Source of the DNA: Candidatus Babeliales bacterium | GTDB lineage: Bacteria; Babelota; Babeliae; Babelales; JACPOV01 | Direction: 5' to 3' | DNA: 64,000 nucleotides | Assembly: GCA_036260945.1 (NCBI GenBank) | Contig: DATALT010000002.1 | Coordinates: 722,638-786,637 of the forward strand | Part shown: positions 27,471 through 37,645 of the stretch, one piece after another | How the letters are laid out: each line of letters starts with the position of its first letter | Numbering within the stretch: position 1 is the first letter of the stretch | Position numbers and translations under genes: made by a program | Notes under the pieces: model-generated | What the model was told of the DNA's origin: nothing | Databases searched by the model: none | What the model saw: the letters and a program-made list of their open reading frames with translations, nothing else

Positions 27471-27528
27471 AATTCAATTTGCTCATCAAATTTTATGAGA
27501 AAACTGAACGATCACGCGCTACCACGAC

Positions 27529-27557
27529 TTGCCCAATTTATTGATACTTTCTACACT
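27529..27557 (+). promoter_or_regulatory. Candidate sigma-70 promoter upstream of the permease
   Basis: TTGCCC (27529-27534), 17-nt spacer, TACACT (27552-27557). Pattern match only. Confidence 0.25.
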
Positions 27558-27616
27558 CATAAGTAGAAAATTTCCAGCTTCACCGCTTTTTTTTGTCACC
27601 AAAGGTTGCAATTTCC

Positions 27617-28933
27617 ATGGCACAAACGCAAAAACTTTCATTGCTCGATGCAATACTCATTAATATAAACGTTATGTTTGGCACTGGCGTGCTGATCAAT
27701 ACGGTAAATTTAGCGGTAATCGCAGGATTTCTAGGCTTTGCAAGCTATATTACGGTAGCACTTTTAATGCTTCCCCTCATTTTTTCTATCGCAGCAACGT
27801 TGAATCGCCATCCATCAGGCGGATTTTATGCGTATGCTGCAACCGATATTCATCCAGCGGTTGGCTTTTTAAGCGCATGGTCGTACTTTGTTGGAAAATT
27901 AGCATCCGCAGCGTTGCTCATCCATATTTTTACTTCAACCATGAAAGTAATTATTCCCGCTTTGGATTCAATACCTTCATTGCCAATTGACTTTGCAATT
28001 CTCGGGCTGTTTACATGGCTCAATATGTTCAATATTAAAACCGGCACGCGCATTACGTACGGTTTTATCTTTTGCAAATTCACACCAATTATTTTTGCAA
28101 TCTTAAGTTGCTTGGCATTATTCTCAAAATGGCATATTCCAGTCGATAGTATGTTATGGGCAGGAATCCCATCCACCATCCCACTCGTGCTTTACGCATT
28201 TGTTGGTTTCGAAGTAGCATGCTCGATTAGTAATTCGATCGAAGATGCTGAAAAAAATGGCCCGAAATCCATCTTGTACTCTTTTGGGATCGTAGTTTTT
28301 CTAACCGTGCTTTACCAACTGCTCATGTTTGCGACTATTGGCGAAGGGCTCACGCAACTACCTAATTTTTTAGGCATTTTTAAAGTAGTTCTTAATGAAA
28401 TTATACCATCAGCCGGTGCTTTCAAAGCGGTTTTGTTAAAATTATTTTATATCGCCGGCGCCTCATCCGCACTCGGTGGAAGCTATGGCATTTTATTTAG
28501 TAACTCATGGAACTTGTATACGCTCGCCCAATTTAAACATATCCCCTTTGCAAAGTTCTTCACTTCGCTTAATAATTATCAGGTGCCATTTATGTGCGTA
28601 CTTGCTGAAAGTGCAATTTGCGCAGGCTATTTATTGCTCACCGCAGGTCATCAAGTAACATTGCAGCAAATTAGCGTTTTAGGATGCACCATTGCGTATG
28701 CATGCAGCGTGCTTGGGCTTATTAAAGCGCACCGCCACGAATCACTTAGCTCAAATCCCTTTGTTGCATGGGCCGCTATAGGAAGCTGCCTCTTGCTTCT
28801 TGGTAGCTGCATTCGCAATTTCATCTCGAGCGGAATTATCTATCTTGGATTCTTTGGCATATTAATAGCGCTTGGCATGATACTTTATGCAGCAACAGCT
28901 CTTTCTGGCTCAGCGAATCTTAAGCGTCATTAA
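27617..28933 (+). CDS. APC-superfamily amino acid permease
   Basis: About 12 TM. N-terminal LSLLDAILININVMFGTGV is typical for APC transporters. First ATG at 27617. Its 3' end overlaps the convergent mraY by 24 nt. Confidence 0.85.
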   Translation: MAQTQKLSLLDAILININVMFGTGVLINTVNLAVIAGFLGFASYITVALLMLPLIFSIAATLNRHPSGGFYAYAATDIHPAVGFLSAWSYFVGKLASAALLIHIFTSTMKVIIPALDSIPSLPIDFAILGLFTWLNMFNIKTGTRITYGFIFCKFTPIIFAILSCLALFSKWHIPVDSMLWAGIPSTIPLVLYAFVGFEVACSISNSIEDAEKNGPKSILYSFGIVVFLTVLYQLLMFATIGEGLTQLPNFLGIFKVVLNEIIPSAGAFKAVLLKLFYIAGASSALGGSYGILFSNSWNLYTLAQFKHIPFAKFFTSLNNYQVPFMCVLAESAICAGYLLLTAGHQVTLQQISVLGCTIAYACSVLGLIKAHRHESLSSNPFVAWAAIGSCLLLLGSCIRNFISSGIIYLGFFGILIALGMILYAATALSGSANLKRH

Positions 28934-29971
28934 CGCGATCAAGCACAAAATAAGTGAAATGATGCCAAAGCGAATCGTAATTTTTGCTTCTTGCCAACCA
29001 AGCAGCTCAAAATGATGATGAATTGGCGCCATTTTAAATATTCGCTTACCGCGATAACGGTACGAATAAACTTGCATCATCACCGATAACGCCTCAACAA
29101 CAAACAAGCCTCCCGCAATGCACAAAAGCAATTCTTGCTTTGCCATGAGCGCCATTAACGCAAGTGCACCCCCCAGGGCTAACGATCCAACATCTCCCAT
29201 GAAAATTTGCGCAGGATAGGCATTGTACCACAAAAAGCCAATCGAGGCGCCCACGAGCGCTGCGCCAACCACTGCCAATTCTGCAGTTCCTGCAAATGGA
29301 ATATGCAAATAGTTAGCGAACATATAATGGCCAGCTGCATAGCAAATTAACGAAAAGGTGGCAAAATTAGGAATAAGAGAACCTATTGCAAGCCCATCGA
29401 GTCCATCGGTTAAATTTACTGCATTGCTCGCTCCAACCATGATAAACGTCGCCCACAAAATAAAAAATATTCCGATGTTTGGATTAAGAGATTTAAAAAA
29501 TGGAAAACTAATCGAAGTGGAAACGCCGTTGAGAAACATAGAAATTGCGCAACATGCAGCAACTACGCATTGCGATAAAAATTTCATGCGCGATGAAATG
29601 CCTTTGCGCGTTTTAATTTTTAACCAATCATCCCAAGCACCAATCACACCAAAACCAACCAAGCCAAAAATCATAATGAGTATTTGATAATGCAAAATAG
29701 GAGCCCAGAGCAAAACCGTCGCCAACACAACGAATAGAATAAACACACCGCCCATCGTTGGCATATCATCTTTCTCTTTATGCCGCTCAGGAGTCCATTC
29801 TCGCGCTTTTGATCTAAAAAATTTTTTTGATGTTTCAATAAAAAATTCGCCGAACAAAAAAGAAAAACAAAGTGAAGTTAACAAAGCTGCCATTGCGCGA
29901 AAGCTCACATAATGCAACACGTTCCAAAATGAAGATGTTGCTTTAAAATACATGGATAAATAATACAGCAT
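28910..29971 (-). CDS. mraY: Phospho-N-acetylmuramoyl-pentapeptide transferase
   Basis: 353 aa. DDxxK region (WDDWLKI), NAVNLTDGLDGLA, PIHHHFE motifs. Isolated from any dcw cluster. Confidence 0.95.
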   Translation of the reverse strand: MLYYLSMYFKATSSFWNVLHYVSFRAMAALLTSLCFSFLFGEFFIETSKKFFRSKAREWTPERHKEKDDMPTMGGVFILFVVLATVLLWAPILHYQILIMIFGLVGFGVIGAWDDWLKIKTRKGISSRMKFLSQCVVAACCAISMFLNGVSTSISFPFFKSLNPNIGIFFILWATFIMVGASNAVNLTDGLDGLAIGSLIPNFATFSLICYAAGHYMFANYLHIPFAGTAELAVVGAALVGASIGFLWYNAYPAQIFMGDVGSLALGGALALMALMAKQELLLCIAGGLFVVEALSVMMQVYSYRYRGKRIFKMAPIHHHFELLGWQEAKITIRFGIISLILCLIALMTLKIR

Positions 29972-30076
29972 TTGAAATCCTGACGAATGTAATATTCAAT
30001 TTTTTTTACTATCAGTTAGAATAATACGCAATTCACTATCTGTGAACTTTAGTTGCAAAATTAATAAGGGGCATAT

Positions 30077-31405
30077 ATGAAATTTTTATTCATCATTTTT
30101 TTTGCGATAATTTTTACTATAAATGCAGCACACGTTGAAAAAAAAATTAACGATCCGAAGACAATTTATGATGATCCAGCTGTTTTAACAGAAAAGAGCT
30201 CTGGCGAAAATCCACATCCGACCTATACCGAAGGAGGTATTCTGCAAGAGGCATCGAAGACTTCGCGTAATTCTAGTGGCGCTAGTGTCGCACAGGAGGC
30301 TACAAAAAAAGTTATTTCTCCAAGGCCATTATCGCCAAAATCTGTAGCTGACTCTATTTTCGTAAAAAAAGACAAGGTCGAGCGTAAAAGCACAGCAGTC
30401 CCGGCAACACCGCCTATTACACTTTCTGAAGAAGAGATGAAAAACGTTTCTAATGAAAAACGAATTTCTAAAAGAATCAATGAGTTGGAACTAAAAAACG
30501 CACTTCTGCGTAAAGATTGGGCGGGATGGAATGCATGGCTACATTCAGATGTTAAACAAAAAAAGCAAAAATGGATTGAGCTCGCAGCATGGAATCGAAT
30601 GGCTGTGGCAACCAAATATTTAGAAAAAATTGAAGATGATATTCAAAAATGGAAAGATCGAAAAAAACAATTAAAAAGCGTTTCAGCCCACGCTCTTTCG
30701 CCATCGGAAAAAGAAGAGAAGGAAAATTATGAAAAAGCAGCAATTATCTTGGCCCGGCCGATTGAAGACCGTACTCCGGCAGAAAAGGATATTCTGCTAA
30801 GTATTAAGAAAAAACATAAAGTTGAAGAGAGCGATTTTTATGACGAATTCTTCAAATTACAACATAAGGGACTTCGCGTTCCACCAGCACTTTTGAGAGA
30901 TTTTGTTAGTAACCCCTTGCTCGTTTTTCACGATAAAGCTATAAATAGCGATGGCCAAATTGAGCCAGACTTTACTCCACTTATCGATGATAATGAATTA
31001 GAAGAAAATGAAAAAATAGAAAAATATAAGTATTCAGCCCCAAAAAGATCAACCTACAAGATTCTAGGTGATTTTAAGAACGCAGTAAAAAAATGGGAAA
31101 ATGCATATTATGAAAAAGAAGACCAATTAATTTCAAGACAAAAAAATTATGAGAAATTTTCAGATGCAAGTAAGTATATGGAAATTGCGATTCATGATCT
31201 TAAAATAAAAGAAATAGAAGAAGCACATACAAAAACCATTAAAGATCTGGATAGAGTAATATCAACCTTGGCAGCCACTAACGAATCTCTAAAAAAAGGG
31301 GTTTCTCCAAGCAGCCGCAGAAATGGCTTTCTAGTCGGCGCAGCGAGTGCAACAACGGTTTGTACTTTGATTGGCACTTTTGTCTGGTGGAAATATAAAA
31401 AATAA
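30077..31405 (+). CDS. Hypothetical exported coiled-coil protein with C-terminal GF..GA..FVWWK anchor
   Basis: 442 aa. AAGGGG SD, signal peptide MKFLFIIFFAIIFTINA, Lys/Glu-rich helical body, C-terminus GFLVGAASATTVCTLIGTFVWWKYKK. Confidence 0.65.
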   Translation: MKFLFIIFFAIIFTINAAHVEKKINDPKTIYDDPAVLTEKSSGENPHPTYTEGGILQEASKTSRNSSGASVAQEATKKVISPRPLSPKSVADSIFVKKDKVERKSTAVPATPPITLSEEEMKNVSNEKRISKRINELELKNALLRKDWAGWNAWLHSDVKQKKQKWIELAAWNRMAVATKYLEKIEDDIQKWKDRKKQLKSVSAHALSPSEKEEKENYEKAAIILARPIEDRTPAEKDILLSIKKKHKVEESDFYDEFFKLQHKGLRVPPALLRDFVSNPLLVFHDKAINSDGQIEPDFTPLIDDNELEENEKIEKYKYSAPKRSTYKILGDFKNAVKKWENAYYEKEDQLISRQKNYEKFSDASKYMEIAIHDLKIKEIEEAHTKTIKDLDRVISTLAATNESLKKGVSPSSRRNGFLVGAASATTVCTLIGTFVWWKYKK

Positions 31406-31443
31406 TTCTTTAATAGTTTTTTAATTTAGGGACGCGAATCTAT

Positions 31444-32046
31444 ATGAAATATCATGTACTTATCTTTACTTCATTGGTTATTCACAATTTTGCCTTTGGA
31501 ATGGAAACGAAAAACAAATCAATTCCAGCAATAAAAACAGGAATTCCTTGGGATAATTTAACTCCTGGAAATAAGCTGGATCTACTACTCGAAAAGTACC
31601 AACCGGCTATCGCCAGCTATCGCAAGACAGTGAACGAAAAAATTCAAAGTACTAATGGCAAGCGTGGCACTACTTCTTATAAAACAGAAGAAATTATCGA
31701 TGAAAATCATTCTGTTTTTGAAAAAAATGGAATTATACTTACTTTTGATAAAGTCCCGAAAGATACACACGATACAGGCCCAGCGTATCTCATTGAACCT
31801 ATGGAAAATTTGCTTTCTTTATTGGAACAATCAAACCTTAAAAATGAACAATTAATAATCGATTGCTCAGCTCATTATAACGCCGATCATGCGCTGAATA
31901 AAAAGATTGCTTTCACAGACCTACATGTTACTCACGAGAAAAGAAAATCTCAGGCCTATGGATTTGCTTTTGGCGCGCTAGCAATTGGAAGTATCTGGGC
32001 AGCAACAAAAGCATTTGTATGGTGGAAATCTCGAAAAGCAGCATAA
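31444..32046 (+). CDS. Hypothetical exported protein with the same C-terminal GF..GA..FVWWK anchor
   Basis: 200 aa. Signal peptide MKYHVLIFTSLVIHNFAFG/ME. C-terminus GFAFGALAIGSIWAATKAFVWWKSRKAA. Confidence 0.65.
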   Translation: MKYHVLIFTSLVIHNFAFGMETKNKSIPAIKTGIPWDNLTPGNKLDLLLEKYQPAIASYRKTVNEKIQSTNGKRGTTSYKTEEIIDENHSVFEKNGIILTFDKVPKDTHDTGPAYLIEPMENLLSLLEQSNLKNEQLIIDCSAHYNADHALNKKIAFTDLHVTHEKRKSQAYGFAFGALAIGSIWAATKAFVWWKSRKAA

Positions 32047-32092
32047 AAACAGCCACATTTTTAGCTTCTCAACTTTAAGAATTTAATTATCC

Positions 32093-32139
32093 ATGCGCCA
32101 ATTGATTTTCATTTTGAAATTAATTGGCGCATTTTGTTT
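32093..32139 (+). terminator. Rho-independent terminator candidate
   Basis: Perfect 11-bp stem ATGCGCCAATT (32093-32103) / AATTGGCGCAT (32122-32132), 18-nt loop, then TTTGTTT. Lies 47 nt after the stop of 31444..32046. Confidence 0.5.
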
Positions 32140-32291
32140 ACCAACCCCTATTCTCACTGAATCAACAGGCTTGCCCAAACGCTCATTTTTTCACGTTTCC
32201 TGTATCACCAAAAGCGATTCTGAACCGAGAAAATGACATATTCATACGTTTATTATAAAAAATGGCTGAACATTCTCACCACCCACCCCCT

Positions 32292-32319
32292 TTGACATAT
32301 CGACTCAATCGACTAATCT
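32292..32319 (+). promoter_or_regulatory. Candidate promoter containing a tandem ATCGACT repeat
   Basis: TTGACA (32292-32297), 16-nt spacer, TAATCT (32314-32319). The spacer carries ATCGACT twice (32299-32305 and 32308-32314). Confidence 0.3.
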
Positions 32320-32377
32320 GGAGATTGTGGCTAGCAGGAGTAGTAAAGTAAAACAAAAACTCTATTATGGAGAACAT

Positions 32378-32791
32378 ATGAAATATACCTCACTGAGAGC
32401 CTCTTGCCTTATAACTATTGGTCTGATTGCGGCGCCTGCGCTTTGCGTAGCTACCGTTTCAGCTGATAACGCGGCTCAATCACACGTCAACCCTGTGGAT
32501 AAAGCGGTCCAAATCCTGGAAGCCTATGCACAGCAACAAAAATCGTTCAGAGAATTCGTCGATGAACTTATTAAAATGATCCAAGAACATCGAGAAACGG
32601 TAAAAACTCTTATCGATCAGCCGGTTCCTGATAAAGATGCCTATATCGATAACTTGATTGTCCGTCTTGAAAGTATCAAGGGTACGAAGAATCCGATAGC
32701 TGCCTTAAATACTCTGAAAGATTATCGTTGGCTGCTAGATAGATTTAAGCGATACACTGGATACGTTGTATCCCTCATTAAAAGAAACTAA
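32378..32791 (+). CDS. Small hypothetical secreted helical protein
   Basis: ATG 32378 (GGAGA upstream) gives MKYTSLRASCLITIGLIAAPALCVA signal peptide. The ORF-track start at 32327 is GTG. Confidence 0.6.
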   Translation: MKYTSLRASCLITIGLIAAPALCVATVSADNAAQSHVNPVDKAVQILEAYAQQQKSFREFVDELIKMIQEHRETVKTLIDQPVPDKDAYIDNLIVRLESIKGTKNPIAALNTLKDYRWLLDRFKRYTGYVVSLIKRN

Positions 32792-32922
32792 GACTTGGGG
32801 AAATGGAGGTTACATTTATCCCAATCTAAAAGTGATCTTTTTAGTAAAATTCCTGAGAAATTTTTATTAAAACGATAGCTTGCCACAATTGCTATCAGTA
32901 TCATAATTCGGTAAACTAAGCT

Positions 32923-32954
32923 GCGAGGGCCTATAAAAAAGCCCTCGCTTTTTT
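32923..32954 (+). terminator. Rho-independent terminator
   Basis: GCGAGGGC (32923-32930), 10-nt loop, GCCCTCGC (32941-32948), then TTTTTT. Confidence 0.6.
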
Positions 32955-32992
32955 ACTAACCGATTTAACTGGCGCTGGTGGATAGAAAACAA

Positions 32993-34846
32993 ATGAGCAT
33001 CGATCATTCTTTATCGTACGATTTTGACGTCATTGTTGTAGGAGGCGGCCACGCAGGAATTGAGGCTGCTTACGCATCTGCTCGCTTGGGATCACGCACA
33101 CTGATGATAACCCTCAATCTCGATCGCATAGGATTTATGCCCTGCAATCCGGCGATTGGCGGCGTTGGAAAAGGGCACATTGTTTTTGAGATTAGCGCGC
33201 TTGGCGGTTTAATGCCCAAATTGTGCACGCAAACCTATCTACAAGCCCGCATGCTTAATACCAGTAAAGGCCCGGCCGTTCAAGGGCTTCGCCTTCAAAT
33301 CGATAAACACGCCTATAATAAATTAAGTAAACAAACACTTGAACATACAGAAAACCTGACCCTTATGATGGGAATGGTTGAAAATCTGATCCTTAATGAA
33401 AAGAATGAAGTATGCGGCATAAAAACTCGCGAAGGAGCAGAGTATACCGCTCGTTCGGTTATTCTCACAACCGGCACCTTCTTAAATGGCCTTATCCATA
33501 TTGGCCAAACAAATTATTCAGCCGGGCGCCAAGGTGACGAATCGGTGCCTCATCTTTCTCATTTTTTAGCAAATTTGGGAATCAAAATTGGCCGCTTAAA
33601 AACCGGAACTCCTCCCCGCTTATTGCGTTCAAGCCTCGATTTTTCAAAAATGACCATGCAAGAGCCTGATAATTTGGACTATCTATTTGAGTTCAAACCC
33701 CAAACCGTCACCAGCTCTCATGCATGCTACATTACGCACACAAACGAAAAAACTCACGAGATTATAAGAAAAAATTTACATCTTTCGCCGATGTATAGCG
33801 GTAACATCAAAGGTATTGGCCCGCGCTATTGCCCATCAATCGAAGATAAAATTGCTCGCTTTGGTACCAAAACTTCGCATCATGTTTTTGTAGAACCAGA
33901 AAGTGCTTCAAGTGAAGAAGTGTACCCTAACGGTATTTCCACCTCTTTGCCGCTCGAAGTGCAAAAACAATACGTGCGTACGATTCCCGGATTTGAAAAT
34001 GCGGTCATTGTGCGCCCTGGTTATGCAGTTGAATACGATTTTGTTTTGCCAGATCAACTCAGTAGCTCACTTGAAGTTAAGCATGTTTCCGGTTTGTTTT
34101 TAGCTGGCCAAATTAATGGCACAACTGGATACGAAGAAGCTGCCGGGCAAGGAATTATTGCGGGAATTAACGCACACTTGAAAGCTACAGGGCAAAAACC
34201 TTTCATCCTATCACGCCAAGAAGGATATATTGGCGTAATGATAGACGATTTAGTAACACTCGGCGTTGATGAACCCTATCGCATGTTTACGTCGCGCGCG
34301 GAACGCCGCCTTTCTTTGCGGCAAGATAATGTTTTTTATCGGCTTGCGCAAACGAGCTACAATTTAGGGCTCATTAATAAATCGTTTTATGATGAAATCA
34401 AACAAGAGCAAGCACTCGTTGCGCAAGTAGTCCGCGATATTCGTTCCGGAAAAAACAATGATGATTTATTGAAATTATTGGGCCGAGATGAAACAAATAT
34501 CGAACGAATTCATGAGATAACGAATAATGCTTTAAACAATCGTGCTGCATTAGCAGTATGGGCAGAAGTGCGCTACGAACCGTATTTAAAGCGCGATCTT
34601 AAGGAAATGGAAAAAGCGCTACATATGCAAGATCTTGAAATTCCTGAATCGCTTGATGTTACACTTATTGCCGGTCTATCAAAAGAATTACAAGAGAAAT
34701 TAAGAAAACATAAACCAAAAAATATCGCAGCCGCTTCGCTTATTCCAGGAATGACTCCTGCAGCAATCGCGGTACTTATTTTTAAAATCAGAGAGCATAG
34801 TAAAATAAAAGCAAAAAAAGATTCATGTTTAGAGGAAGTACAATGA
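32993..34846 (+). CDS. mnmG: tRNA uridine-5-carboxymethylaminomethyl(34) synthesis enzyme
   Basis: [19 protein letters not shown] motif and [15 protein letters not shown] 32993; the track start GTG 32978 is also possible. Confidence 0.95.
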   Translation: MSIDHSLSYDFDVIVVGGGHAGIEAAYASARLGSRTLMITLNLDRIGFMPCNPAIGGVGKGHIVFEISALGGLMPKLCTQTYLQARMLNTSKGPAVQGLRLQIDKHAYNKLSKQTLEHTENLTLMMGMVENLILNEKNEVCGIKTREGAEYTARSVILTTGTFLNGLIHIGQTNYSAGRQGDESVPHLSHFLANLGIKIGRLKTGTPPRLLRSSLDFSKMTMQEPDNLDYLFEFKPQTVTSSHACYITHTNEKTHEIIRKNLHLSPMYSGNIKGIGPRYCPSIEDKIARFGTKTSHHVFVEPESASSEEVYPNGISTSLPLEVQKQYVRTIPGFENAVIVRPGYAVEYDFVLPDQLSSSLEVKHVSGLFLAGQINGTTGYEEAAGQGIIAGINAHLKATGQKPFILSRQEGYIGVMIDDLVTLGVDEPYRMFTSRAERRLSLRQDNVFYRLAQTSYNLGLINKSFYDEIKQEQALVAQVVRDIRSGKNNDDLLKLLGRDETNIERIHEITNNALNNRAALAVWAEVRYEPYLKRDLKEMEKALHMQDLEIPESLDVTLIAGLSKELQEKLRKHKPKNIAAASLIPGMTPAAIAVLIFKIREHSKIKAKKDSCLEEVQ

Positions 34847-35565
34847 AAAAATTAGCCCAACTTTTATTTGTTTTATCGTCAGTTTCAGCTATTTCGTTCG
34901 GCGGCGATTCGATAATAGTTGAAGAATCAACGGCGGCATCGCCCACAAAAAAGATATCAACAAAACCGATAATCAAAGAAGAAGCAAAAAAAGTAGCCAG
35001 TCCTCAGAAAAAAACAACATCGCCCGCATCAGAAACTATTGAAAAAAAGAGTTGCACTAAAGATGCGGCAAAAAAACCGGCCGGCAATACCCCAAACAAA
35101 GACAACAAAGCCCCAGAAAAGAAAAAGAGCGGCTACGTAAACCCCTACGCAATAAAAAAAGAAACAGGCCAACCTGAGCCGATTGTAGTTGAGAAACCGA
35201 TTGCTGCCCCGGTAATCATGTCTGAGCAAAAAAAAGAACCGGTGATTGCGCAAAAAGAAAAAAAAGGACGCACGGTTCAGATAAAAAATTCGATCACTAA
35301 AGACATGATCACGTATCATCATTGGACAGGAAAACACACGCCAGATTTTGTTTTAAAAATTAACGGCAACGAAGTTAAGCAAGGAGTAACCGCTTCGGTT
35401 CCTGTCGAAAACAATGCGGTTAAATTTGAATACATTTTTAATTTTGCAAACGGATACTACAAAGATACAAAAAAAGCTGAGTTTACTCTTCCTGCAGGTG
35501 ATGCTTTTGAACTCGATTTCTCATGGAAATCGCAACCAAATATAAAAATTATTCCAGCCAAATAA
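34843..35565 (+). CDS. Hypothetical secreted protein with Lys/Pro-rich low-complexity region
   Basis: ATG 34843 overlaps the mnmG stop (ATGA). Signal peptide [20 protein letters not shown], ~110-aa K/P/A/E-rich segment, ~85-aa C-terminal globular part. Confidence 0.6.
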   Translation: MKKLAQLLFVLSSVSAISFGGDSIIVEESTAASPTKKISTKPIIKEEAKKVASPQKKTTSPASETIEKKSCTKDAAKKPAGNTPNKDNKAPEKKKSGYVNPYAIKKETGQPEPIVVEKPIAAPVIMSEQKKEPVIAQKEKKGRTVQIKNSITKDMITYHHWTGKHTPDFVLKINGNEVKQGVTASVPVENNAVKFEYIFNFANGYYKDTKKAEFTLPAGDAFELDFSWKSQPNIKIIPAK

Positions 35566-35570
35566 AAAAA

Positions 35571-35604
35571 AATACACCAGGCGCACTCAAGCATCTGGTG
35601 TATT
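35571..35604. terminator. Bidirectional hairpin terminator between convergent genes
   Basis: 10-bp stem AATACACCAG (35571-35580) / CTGGTGTATT (35595-35604), 14-nt loop. An A-run lies upstream and T-rich sequence downstream. Confidence 0.55.
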
Positions 35605-35620
35605 TTCAATACTTACTTTC

Positions 35621-36910
35621 TTAATATTTACGCTGCAACAATAATCCGCCAGCAAAAAGAGCCGCAAAGAGTGGTATCATGCCAACTAAGCGCTCGTGCA
35701 TCGTGCTGCCAAAATTATAGAAGCTATAGATTGCAAGCCCTAAGACTGCAATAATCGCAGCAATGGTAACTAAAATTGAAGCCATCGATTTTTTTTCACT
35801 GCTCAATTGTATTTTCAAGAGCGAGATAAAAGGCAAAAGGAACGCAGTGAAGATACCAAGATTGCAAAGGCTAAAAGCATAATCGATATTGGTAATATGG
35901 CGCACCAAAAAAAACGCAACAAGCCCTTGTAAAACGGTAGCAACCCAAGGGCGACCACGTTTACTTAAGCGAGAAAGCATTGGAGAAAAATAGAAAAGTT
36001 TTTCTTCAGCCATTGAATGGAGCAAAATTGAATTGCCATTCATCATTCCGTTTGCGCCCGCAAAAATTGCAAGAACCGAGGCGATTGAAATAAGGAAACT
36101 CAACAAAACTGCTATCGCTGGAATCGGCCATGCAACAAAATCTCCAAATGCAGGCGCACCCAATTCTGAAAGTTTTTGAACTCCCATTATATTAATCACA
36201 CTGAAGTTAAACAGCGTATAAATAAGGGTCGTCAAAACAAAACCAATCAAAATAGCTCTCGGTGCATTTTTTTTGCTATCTTCAATCAAATGGCTAATGC
36301 TTGCGCAATATTCAAATCCGAAATAACCAAATATGGCCATTGGCATAGCAAACGGAACAAGCGCTAATTCTTGGCTGCTTACTGCTAATGTTTGCGGTTT
36401 AAATACGAAAGGCAAAACAAGAATACCCGCAATAAGTGGAATAATTTTAGTAATGGTTAACCCATTGAGCAATCTACCGAGCGATTTAAGGCTCATAAGA
36501 TTTAAGAAAGTGGTACTGCCGATGATAAGTAAATCAAACGCAAAAGTATGGTCGGTGAGCCAATTTGATCCCATCATAACGGTCAATGTTTTTCTCAATG
36601 CCATAAATTCGACGACAAGCGCAAACGTATACCCAACGATATAAAGCCAACCACTGGCAAAACCTGCCGTTCGATTGAGGCCTTCTTTAGCGTAAAGATA
36701 GAATCCCCCCGCTCCTGGAAACATACGGCTTAATTGTACCGTACTCAGAACAATAGGTAAGAAAATAAGGGCCACCATAATCCAAGCCAAATAACTTGCG
36801 TTTCCGGCGATTGCAGCCATGCTACCAGGGCCGATCAGGATACCGGATCCGATCATAATATTAAGATTCAGCAAAATGGCGGTGAACAACGAAATTTTGT
36901 GTTGTTTCAT
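35621..36910 (-). CDS. APC-superfamily amino acid permease (second copy)
   Basis: About 12 TM. ISLFTAILLNLNIMIGSGIL parallels the N-terminus of 27617..28933. ATG 36910 (GTG 36919 is an alternative). Confidence 0.85.
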   Translation of the reverse strand: MKQHKISLFTAILLNLNIMIGSGILIGPGSMAAIAGNASYLAWIMVALIFLPIVLSTVQLSRMFPGAGGFYLYAKEGLNRTAGFASGWLYIVGYTFALVVEFMALRKTLTVMMGSNWLTDHTFAFDLLIIGSTTFLNLMSLKSLGRLLNGLTITKIIPLIAGILVLPFVFKPQTLAVSSQELALVPFAMPMAIFGYFGFEYCASISHLIEDSKKNAPRAILIGFVLTTLIYTLFNFSVINIMGVQKLSELGAPAFGDFVAWPIPAIAVLLSFLISIASVLAIFAGANGMMNGNSILLHSMAEEKLFYFSPMLSRLSKRGRPWVATVLQGLVAFFLVRHITNIDYAFSLCNLGIFTAFLLPFISLLKIQLSSEKKSMASILVTIAAIIAVLGLAIYSFYNFGSTMHERLVGMIPLFAALFAGGLLLQRKY

Positions 36911-37061
36911 GATACCCACTCGTTTAGGTAGTAAAAAAATAAAAAAACAGATATTGAGTTTAGCTTATAAACTTGAAGTTGTACACACTTTGCAACTTTG
37001 GGCTTGTTTGACTAGGCTTGCATTATTGGCCTTTCGCAGGGATTACCTAGGAGAAAAAATT

Positions 37062-37592
37062 ATGTTTTTCGGATGCTTTATACCTAAAAAAAATCTCGTG
37101 GCGGGATTACTAATCCTTATCGGATGGTCGCCGTTGATTCACTCGCATGGCGCAACTGAGCAGAAATTGTTCCTCGGGCGCCAATGGGCATTTCTTGAGC
37201 ATCATTTCATTGTGAAACCTCAAGAAGCTTCAGCCTCTTTTATTTCAGCGCTCAAGAAAAATATCTCATCAATTTTTGTCGCGATGCTGGCAGGCTATGG
37301 TGCTTACCAAGGAACGCGTTATCTCTTTCCTGAAAAAATAACCCGGCATCAACTTCCCGCTCGAGCTCTTGCAATTTTTATTTGCGTACCTGCAGCCGCA
37401 TTATGGGCAGGACTCGCGATGCATAACTATGCAACCTATCTTATTGAAACTAATACCGAGTGCCACTCAATAGAGTCTTTTGTAAAAAATTTGACCGAAT
37501 TAGATCAATCGAATGTTAAAGTAGAGGTTGAATTATACGATCAAAAAACTATTTACTCACCAATACTTACTTACAATCTTACAAATTGCTAA
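37062..37592 (+). CDS. Hypothetical membrane protein (3 predicted TM)
   Basis: ATG 37062 is preceded by AGGAG. The 5' 243 nt of the track ORF (36819..) is antisense to the permease and is rejected. Confidence 0.5.
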   Translation: MFFGCFIPKKNLVAGLLILIGWSPLIHSHGATEQKLFLGRQWAFLEHHFIVKPQEASASFISALKKNISSIFVAMLAGYGAYQGTRYLFPEKITRHQLPARALAIFICVPAAALWAGLAMHNYATYLIETNTECHSIESFVKNLTELDQSNVKVEVELYDQKTIYSPILTYNLTNC

Positions 37593-37645
37593 CATGAGCC
37601 TGAAAAATTATTTAACTTTGAGTGACAATAAAGGAAGGATTACAC

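Noticed and set aside
36819-37061. 5' extension of track ORF 36819..37592
   Set aside because: It runs antisense through the start of the permease gene and lacks an SD. A well-placed AGGAG plus ATG at 37062 begins the hydrophobic protein proper.
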